24,000 bases of DNA. It comes from Candidatus Saccharimonadota bacterium. Its GTDB lineage: Bacteria; Patescibacteriota; Saccharimonadia; Saccharimonadales; AWTP1-31. Below the pieces are notes generated by a model. It made no database searches. It had not been told where the DNA came from and was given only the letters and a program-made list of their open reading frames with translations. This document shows positions 18,081-24,000 of this stretch, piece by piece. Position 1 is the stretch's first letter. The number at the start of each line of letters is the position of its first letter. The stretch covers positions 14,793 through 38,792 of the forward strand of contig JAGQMX010000016.1 in assembly GCA_020428425.1 (NCBI GenBank), given 5' to 3'. The translations under genes were made by a program, and so were the position numbers.

Positions 18081-18089
18081 TGGTATAAT
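18081..18089 (+). promoter_or_regulatory. Extended -10 element upstream of frr
   Basis: TGgTATAAT at 18081-18089. The -35 region is weak. Confidence 0.3.
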
Positions 18090-18111
18090 CGGAGTGAACA
18101 CTAGGAGGTGT

Positions 18112-18675
18112 ATGAGTCCACAACAGGTATTAGACGAAGCTAAGAAAAAACTAAAGAAAATTAATTCTCATTTTGAAGAAGAACTAAAGAAGCTGAGGAC
18201 TGGTAGGGCTTCGGCTAGCATGTTAGATGGAGTCATGGCTGAAGCATATGGTACTCCAATGCCCCTAAACCAATTGGCCACAATATCGGCACCGGAGGCT
18301 CAACTATTGCAGATTACCCCGTTTGATCCAAATAATCTTCAAGTAATCACCGCAGCAATTCGGGATAATCAGTCACTTGGCATGAATCCAGCGGATGATG
18401 GAAGAGTCGTCCGAGTACCTATACCTCCGCTGAATGAAGAACGAAGGCGTGAAATAAGTAAACAGGTCAGGGTGAAGCTTGAAGATAACTTAATAAAAGC
18501 TCGTTCGGTACGGCACGATACCCTGAATACTTTTGATCAGGCGAAAAAAGATAAAGATATTAGTGAAGACCAGGCCATGCGCTTGTCTTCGCAAGTAGAA
18601 GAAATAATCAATCAGGCAAAACAAGAAGCAGAGGCCATGGCCGAGCGCAAAGAAAAAGAGATAATGACAGTTTAG
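18112..18675 (+). CDS. frr: Ribosome recycling factor
   Basis: LRTGRASASMLDGV...YGTPMPLNQLA...RVPIPPLNEERRRE is present. ATG 18112 follows AGGAGG. The track start GTG 18094 lies at or before the likely transcription start. Confidence 0.95.
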   Translation: MSPQQVLDEAKKKLKKINSHFEEELKKLRTGRASASMLDGVMAEAYGTPMPLNQLATISAPEAQLLQITPFDPNNLQVITAAIRDNQSLGMNPADDGRVVRVPIPPLNEERRREISKQVRVKLEDNLIKARSVRHDTLNTFDQAKKDKDISEDQAMRLSSQVEEIINQAKQEAEAMAERKEKEIMTV

Positions 18676-18688
18676 GTTATTATCCAAC

Positions 18689-19399
18689 ATGAAAACAGAT
18701 AATCCAGAGAGTAGCACACTTCCAACCCATTTAGGTCTAATTCTTGACGGTAATCGACGTTGGGCCAAAAGCCAGGGCCAAGTACCAATGCAGGGTCATA
18801 AGGCAGGGTATGCTAATCTAAAAACTATTGTAGCTGATGCCTTTGAGCGAGGTATTAAATACGTAAGTGCCTATGTATTTTCTGTGGAAAATTGGGATAG
18901 AAGTAAAGAGGAAGTCGATTATTTGATGAAGCTACTGCTGTGGGTAGCTAAAACTGAGATAAATCAATATCACAAACAAAATGTACAGGTAGTTTTTGCT
19001 GGTGAAGAAGATCGGCTATCTTCGGACATCAAAAAATATATGCGCCAAGCTGAAGAAAAGACTCGTGCTAACGATGGCGGTACACTAGTTATTTGTTTGA
19101 ATTATAGCGGCAAGCTAGAGATAGTCGCTGCTGTTAACAAATACCTAGCTGACAATCCAGGCACCAACAAGATTACAGGTAAACAGATACAAGCAAATCT
19201 ATACCTCCCAGATGTACCTAATGTTGATCTAATTATTCGTACGTCAGGTGAACAGCGTATTAGTAACTTCATGCTATGGCGGGCGGCCTACAGTGAACTG
19301 TATTTTACAGACACCTTTTGGCCGGATTTTGACTCAGATGATTTGGATTTAGCTTTGAAGGATTATGCTCAGCGACAGCGAAGATTTGGCAAAGGCTAG
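18689..19399 (+). CDS. uppS: Undecaprenyl (isoprenyl) diphosphate synthase
   Basis: HLGLILDGNRRWA, YVFSVENW and RTSGEQRISNFMLWRAAYSELYF are present. Confidence 0.95.
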   Translation: MKTDNPESSTLPTHLGLILDGNRRWAKSQGQVPMQGHKAGYANLKTIVADAFERGIKYVSAYVFSVENWDRSKEEVDYLMKLLLWVAKTEINQYHKQNVQVVFAGEEDRLSSDIKKYMRQAEEKTRANDGGTLVICLNYSGKLEIVAAVNKYLADNPGTNKITGKQIQANLYLPDVPNVDLIIRTSGEQRISNFMLWRAAYSELYFTDTFWPDFDSDDLDLALKDYAQRQRRFGKG

Positions 19400-19449
19400 T
19401 AGCATAAAATATGCTATTGGTTTTATGAAATCCTGTATAATTAATTGAT

Positions 19450-20577
19450 ATGTCAATATTACTTCTGATCTTCGGTTTGTTAATGTTCGTAGGCTTGGTA
19501 GTCATACATGAATATGGCCATTATTTGGCGGCTCGAAAAAGTGGGGTTGTAGTTGAAGAGTTTGGTATTGGCTTCCCGCCTCGGGCTTGGGCCAGGAAAT
19601 TGAAGAGTGGAATGTTATTTACGCTAAATTGGTTGCCACTTGGTGGGTTCGTAAAACTAAAAGGTGAGAATGACTCTGCTACCGAAAAGGGTAGTTATGG
19701 TTCTGTGCCACTCAAGAACAAAGTGTTAATTATGACTGCCGGTGTTGTTATGAACTTACTAACGGCATTCGTTCTGTTTACCTTTCTAGCACTAGTAGGT
19801 ATGCCCAAGCTAATTGAAAATCAATTTACCATTCCTAGTGATACGAAGGTTGTGAGGAACCAGGTATTAGTAGGTTATGTTTCTGAAGGTTCACCGGCCG
19901 AAAAGTCGGGGCTACTGCAACGCGATCAGATAATTAGTGTCACTTCGGGAGATAAGTCTTACCAGCTAACATCGGCAGATCAGTTGCCTGGGATTACAAA
20001 AGAACTTGCTGGTGAGGAGATATCTGTAACAGTAGTTAGGGATGGACAGACTCAAGTTATTGAAACTCAGTTACGTGGTGAGCAAGAAGTGAAAGAAAGT
20101 TTAGTCACTAATGAGCCCAAAGGCTACTTAGGGGTGTCACCTTCAGAATATACTATTCAGCGTTCAACTTGGTCGGCTCCAATAGTAGCAGCAGGGGTCA
20201 TTAAACAGTTCACTACCGAGACTTTGAAGGGTCTGGGTAGTGCAATTGGTAATCTTATAAAAGGTAATGGTGGGGCAGCTAGCAGTCAGGTGTCTGGACC
20301 GGTTGGGATATTTGTAATACTTAAGGACGGTAGTTTACTGGGTTACCAGTTCATCCTTATGATAATCGCTATAATTTCTCTTACGTTAGCTATCATGAAC
20401 ATTCTGCCAATACCAGCCCTCGATGGCGGAAGACTTTTTGTAACGCTTATTTACCATAAAATACTACGTAGACCTCTATCTAAAGAAACTGAAGAACGAA
20501 TACACGGTACAGGTTTTGCGGTGCTGATGTTGCTGTTTATTCTAATTACATTCGTGGACGTTAGAAGGTTCTTTTAA
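19450..20577 (+). CDS. rseP: Site-2 intramembrane zinc metalloprotease (M50, RseP/RasP family) with a PDZ domain
   Basis: HEYGHY (HExxH), a central PDZ-like segment (GSPAEKSGLLQRDQII) and NILPIPALDGG are present. Confidence 0.9.
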   Translation: MSILLLIFGLLMFVGLVVIHEYGHYLAARKSGVVVEEFGIGFPPRAWARKLKSGMLFTLNWLPLGGFVKLKGENDSATEKGSYGSVPLKNKVLIMTAGVVMNLLTAFVLFTFLALVGMPKLIENQFTIPSDTKVVRNQVLVGYVSEGSPAEKSGLLQRDQIISVTSGDKSYQLTSADQLPGITKELAGEEISVTVVRDGQTQVIETQLRGEQEVKESLVTNEPKGYLGVSPSEYTIQRSTWSAPIVAAGVIKQFTTETLKGLGSAIGNLIKGNGGAASSQVSGPVGIFVILKDGSLLGYQFILMIIAIISLTLAIMNILPIPALDGGRLFVTLIYHKILRRPLSKETEERIHGTGFAVLMLLFILITFVDVRRFF

Positions 20578-20605
20578 CATGAGCTTGCTGGGGAGCGAAT
20601 AACTA

Positions 20606-21436
20606 ATGGATATTAGTTGGGCAACCTTATTCTACATCGTTGGAATATATGGTTTGGTTCGCTTCTTAGCTAAGCCACCTAAGGAGCTAGACTCAAAGAC
20701 GGTGAACTGGACACCACTTGAATCCGTTGGGGTAACTATTTTCATCTTTTTCTTCGGGCAGTTATTAGGTGGGTTAATGGTATCTGCTCTACCTCTAATA
20801 TTCGGCTGGGGAGAGTCGCAAGTTGTTGATTGGGTAAGTAATGATGCTTTCGGTCAATTTTTTACGATTTGTACTGTCGATGCTATCAGTGTATTTCTGT
20901 TGCTTAAGTTCTTGAAGAAGAGAAAAAACAGCGTTGCAATTTTGGGTCTGGTAAAAACAGTCAAATGGAGTGACCTATTTTATGCAATTGGTACCTACAT
21001 TTTGTATTTTATAGTGTTCTTGTTCGTAATTCAGATAGCTACCAGTTTATTCCCAGCTATCGATGTAGAGCAAAAGCAGCAAATTGGTTTTAATGCAGTG
21101 TCTCAGTGGAAATTACCTTTAGTATTCATTAGTTTAGTGATACTACCTGCTGTAGTTGAGGAGTTGTTGATAAGAGGATTTTTGTATGGAGGCCTGAGAG
21201 AGAAAATACCTAAAGTATTGGCAGTATTTCTTACCAGCTTTATATTCGCTGTGGCACATCTACAGTTTGGCAGTGGAGAGAAGTTGCTTTGGGTAGCTGC
21301 GATAGATACTTTTGTGCTATCAATATTTTTAATTATGCTAAGGGAAAAGACTGGAAGATTATGGTCTTCGATAATGCTACATGGTATTAAAAATAGTGTG
21401 GCTTTTGTAAGTTTGTTTATATTGAAAATAATCTAG
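20606..21436 (+). CDS. CPBP (CAAX/Abi) family intramembrane glutamic protease
   Basis: EELLIRG (EExxxR), FAVAH (FxxxH) and HGIKN motifs in a multi-TM protein. Confidence 0.85.
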   Translation: MDISWATLFYIVGIYGLVRFLAKPPKELDSKTVNWTPLESVGVTIFIFFFGQLLGGLMVSALPLIFGWGESQVVDWVSNDAFGQFFTICTVDAISVFLLLKFLKKRKNSVAILGLVKTVKWSDLFYAIGTYILYFIVFLFVIQIATSLFPAIDVEQKQQIGFNAVSQWKLPLVFISLVILPAVVEELLIRGFLYGGLREKIPKVLAVFLTSFIFAVAHLQFGSGEKLLWVAAIDTFVLSIFLIMLREKTGRLWSSIMLHGIKNSVAFVSLFILKII

Positions 21437-21467
21437 TATTTGTAAGTGAAGATACAGGGGTTAAAGC

Positions 21468-21496
21468 TTGTGCTTCTGACATTGTCAAGATATACT
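21468..21496 (+). promoter_or_regulatory. Candidate promoter for the large secreted protein gene
   Basis: TTGTGC (21468-21473), a 17-nt spacer, then TATACT (21491-21496). The ATG lies only 11 nt downstream. Confidence 0.25.
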
Positions 21497-21507
21497 ACCT
21501 GTAAGGT

Positions 21508-24000
21508 ATGAGAAAACAGATAAAACTGAGTGCAGTTATTGGTACATGTTTGATATTTGCACTTTTATTGTTAGCTGTTAGTGCTGTAAGTCCAGTGAAT
21601 GCTGCCAATAGCGTAACTCTGTCATTCACAGAATTAGCCACACATCCTCAGGCTGCGGCACAGTCTACGAGTACTGGAAAACAAATAAACAAGCTAAAAA
21701 TTTTTAACAATAAACTCTTTGTTGGGTTCGGAGATTATGGGTCTAACACAGGTCCTATTTCTATTAATCCTTTCGATTTAACAACTAACAGTTTTGATGG
21801 GGAGACAGTATCGGTTCCTACAGAATCATTAGGTAATTGGAAAGAAATTAATGGTAGGCTTTATACCACAACAATTGATCCTACATGTTCAGCTACATGC
21901 CCCGCTGGCTATGCAGTGAGTGATGATGGTGTTAGTTGGATAGTAAAGACGCCAATAAATGCTGAACATATTTTTGATGTAGAAACTTTAACAGGAACAG
22001 ATATCTGGTTGTTTGGATCAGCAGGAGGTCCAACAGCAAAAGCGTGGCGAAGTATCGATGACGGTGAAACTTGGAGTGTTGTTCAAACTTACGAGAATGT
22101 ACCAGGAGATAATAATACAGAACGTTATTACTGGGGTGTCGCACTGAGTGGTAGTATGTACATGCAATCAAATTACGGTGGGTATCAAAATCCATTACAA
22201 ATCTTTGATGGAACAAGTTGGTCAGAGGATACTACTGATAATTTGTGTCCAACTGGTAGTGAAAGTAAAGGACCAAATCCGGTAGTCTTTAATAGTAGTA
22301 TTTACTGTAAGTATAGTTCTGGAGAAGTAACTGTTTTTGATAATAGTAATCACTCTACTTCTGCTCCTGATTTTGTTTCAGCTCGCGATTGTTCAAATGG
22401 TTGCAGCTCATCGAGTAATGATTTAGGAGATATGATTGTATCTGGTGATTATTTGTACATACTTAATTCATACTTTCTTGGATACGATGATTTTCTGACT
22501 CAAGAACTTGTGCGGACGTCAGATGGTAGTTCGTGGGAGAGTTTTGATGGTATACCTTCTACCGCTTCTTCAATTGAAATTGATGAATCTGCGAATAAGA
22601 TATATGTTGGCACTTCGGACTCAAAAATATTGGTAGCTGATTTACCGGATCCAGATGTGTCTGCTCCAGAAGTTAGTATTAGTAGTCCCTCATCTAATAC
22701 CACCCATACTGGATCACTAAATATCGTAGCAGATGCTACAGATGATTTATATGTTAATAAGGTTGAGTTTTATTTAGACGGTGAATTAATTAGTAGTAAA
22801 ACTCAAAGTCCATACACTGCTACTTTAACTGATAGATTACTAAGTAATGGTAACTGGTCTTTAGCAGGTCAACATACTATAACCGCAAAGGCATACGATT
22901 TTGCAGGGAATTCATCAACTAGTGAACCGGTAAATATTTCTTTCCAGACTCCAGCGCTCAATGTTACTCAATACCAAACTGGGAACCCTCATTTTGGTTC
23001 AACTACTTTGACGGTTGCTGATGATGGTGACATTTGGTTTTATGATGTGGGCGACCCCTTTATGGGAGAAAATGATTTTCGTTTTGCTTCGCTAAACACT
23101 CGAACCGGTCAAACAACACATTTTCCGTTCCCAGAGGGCCTATCTTCACCGAATATACTCTTTAATGATACGGTTGTAAACGGGAGGAACAACAGTCTTT
23201 GGTATCCTAACTGTAATGACAATAAGCTAGTAAATATCATCCCAGCGACTGGTGACTACACAGAATATGATATTACCACTGGCTGTTCTGATAGTCGAAT
23301 AGTGATAGCAAGTGATTCTGAGGGGTCAGTTTATTACAGTAGGCCAGGTGGAGACACATTAGCAAAAATTAGTTACGATGGGCAAGCTTCTATTATATCT
23401 ACTCCAGAAAACTTTAGTGTTGCGGCTATGTCAACAAGTAGTACTGGACAAATCATAATTCTTCTTGGAAATTCCGAAAACGGGACATTTATTTCAAAAT
23501 TAGCAAAAATTAATCAAAATGATGAATTAGACAGTTATTACACATCAGATGAAACTAACCCTGAAGAAACGGCTGTTTATGGCGGAGATATTTTACTAGA
23601 TAAGGAAGGGAATACTTGGGTTAGCAGTTATCCTACATTCGATTTCGAAACACCCCAGCTTTCAAAAGTTTCCCTTGAAGGAGATATTACGCGCTACAGT
23701 AGTATAATTACCGAAAATGATATATCGGGTAATCTACAGCTAGCCCCAAATGGGGACATTTGGTTTCAGACATCCAAAGGCGTAGTAGCGAGATTCACGC
23801 CGAACTCTGAGGATTATGAAACATATTCTCTATTAACACCATTTGATACCGAAATTATTGGTGAAGAAATAAATATATATCTCGGTCAGTACTCTTCGAT
23901 GGCTGTCGATCAACTAGGCAATACCTGGATTTGTGATAGTGTTGGGAATAGATTTATTAAGATAAGTTCCACAGTTGCAGCCCCAGACTCTGGCGGTTCA
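21508..24000 (+). CDS. Large secreted multidomain protein with an Asp-box (BNR) propeller-like region, an Ig-like domain and a Vgb/NHL-like propeller; the 3' end lies beyond the window
   Basis: This ORF is not in the supplied track because it has no stop in the window. I translated frame 1 by hand from ATG 21508 to 24000 and found 831 codons with no stop. It has a Sec signal peptide (MRKQIKLSAVIGTCLIFALLLLAVSAVSPVNA/AN). Asp-boxes are SDDGVSW (21919-21939), SIDDGETW (22051-22074) and TSDGSSW (22516-22536). An Ig-like segment spans about 22651-22946. Repeats such as DGDIWF, GNTWV, NGDIWFQT and GNTWICDS follow. Confidence 0.85.
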   Translation, partial: MRKQIKLSAVIGTCLIFALLLLAVSAVSPVNAANSVTLSFTELATHPQAAAQSTSTGKQINKLKIFNNKLFVGFGDYGSNTGPISINPFDLTTNSFDGETVSVPTESLGNWKEINGRLYTTTIDPTCSATCPAGYAVSDDGVSWIVKTPINAEHIFDVETLTGTDIWLFGSAGGPTAKAWRSIDDGETWSVVQTYENVPGDNNTERYYWGVALSGSMYMQSNYGGYQNPLQIFDGTSWSEDTTDNLCPTGSESKGPNPVVFNSSIYCKYSSGEVTVFDNSNHSTSAPDFVSARDCSNGCSSSSNDLGDMIVSGDYLYILNSYFLGYDDFLTQELVRTSDGSSWESFDGIPSTASSIEIDESANKIYVGTSDSKILVADLPDPDVSAPEVSISSPSSNTTHTGSLNIVADATDDLYVNKVEFYLDGELISSKTQSPYTATLTDRLLSNGNWSLAGQHTITAKAYDFAGNSSTSEPVNISFQTPALNVTQYQTGNPHFGSTTLTVADDGDIWFYDVGDPFMGENDFRFASLNTRTGQTTHFPFPEGLSSPNILFNDTVVNGRNNSLWYPNCNDNKLVNIIPATGDYTEYDITTGCSDSRIVIASDSEGSVYYSRPGGDTLAKISYDGQASIISTPENFSVAAMSTSSTGQIIILLGNSENGTFISKLAKINQNDELDSYYTSDETNPEETAVYGGDILLDKEGNTWVSSYPTFDFETPQLSKVSLEGDITRYSSIITENDISGNLQLAPNGDIWFQTSKGVVARFTPNSEDYETYSLLTPFDTEIIGEEINIYLGQYSSMAVDQLGNTWICDSVGNRFIKISSTVAAPDSGGS

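Noticed and set aside
21932-22703. Minus-strand ORFs 21932-22216 and 22500-22703, the only listed ORFs in the last 2.5 kb
   Set aside because: They lie antisense to the 831-codon open plus-strand frame, which has a signal peptide and Asp-box and Ig-like motifs. The plus-strand reading is far better supported.
1-24000. UGA reassigned to a sense codon (genetic code 4 or 25)
   Set aside because: Every conserved gene is full length under the standard code with no in-frame TGA. Reassignment would normally split many of these ORFs.
1-24000. Mobile elements, CRISPR arrays, tRNA/rRNA genes and defence or toxin-antitoxin modules
   Set aside because: No repeat-spacer periodicity, terminal inverted repeats, transposase, integrase or Cas-like ORFs, or cloverleaf-capable intergenic segments were seen. 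All intergenic gaps are under 270 bp and are accounted for by promoters or leaders.

Overview
This window is mostly housekeeping chromosome from a roughly 40% GC bacterium. The compact, trimmed operons look like a reduced-genome lineage, possibly Patescibacteria/CPR (Saccharibacteria-like), but that is inference from gene content only. Gene order: ftsZ (5' partial), nrdR-nrdJ (class II RNR), a small Cys-less thioredoxin-fold-like ORF, a T-box-like leader plus type-2 ileS, rplU, parA-parB, lepB (-), a polytopic membrane protein, an HtrA-like protease, prmC-prfA-rpmE (-), an orphan 274-aa ORF, rpsB-tsf-frr-uppS-rseP, and a CPBP protease. A large secreted multidomain protein runs off the 3' end and is missing from the supplied ORF track. 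I found no rRNA, tRNA, CRISPR array, transposase, integrase or obvious defence or toxin genes, and no clear novel multi-gene system. Four things merit a second look. (1) The ileS leader has an exact UGGUACC bulge in antiterminator geometry, but its terminator is nested around it, which is non-canonical. (2) Stop codon usage is 11 TAA, 10 TAG and 0 TGA, with no in-frame TGA in about 7,500 codons. (3) The unlisted secreted protein carries Asp-box propeller, Ig-like and Vgb-like propeller regions. (4) A Cys-less NrdH-like ORF sits directly after nrdJ.
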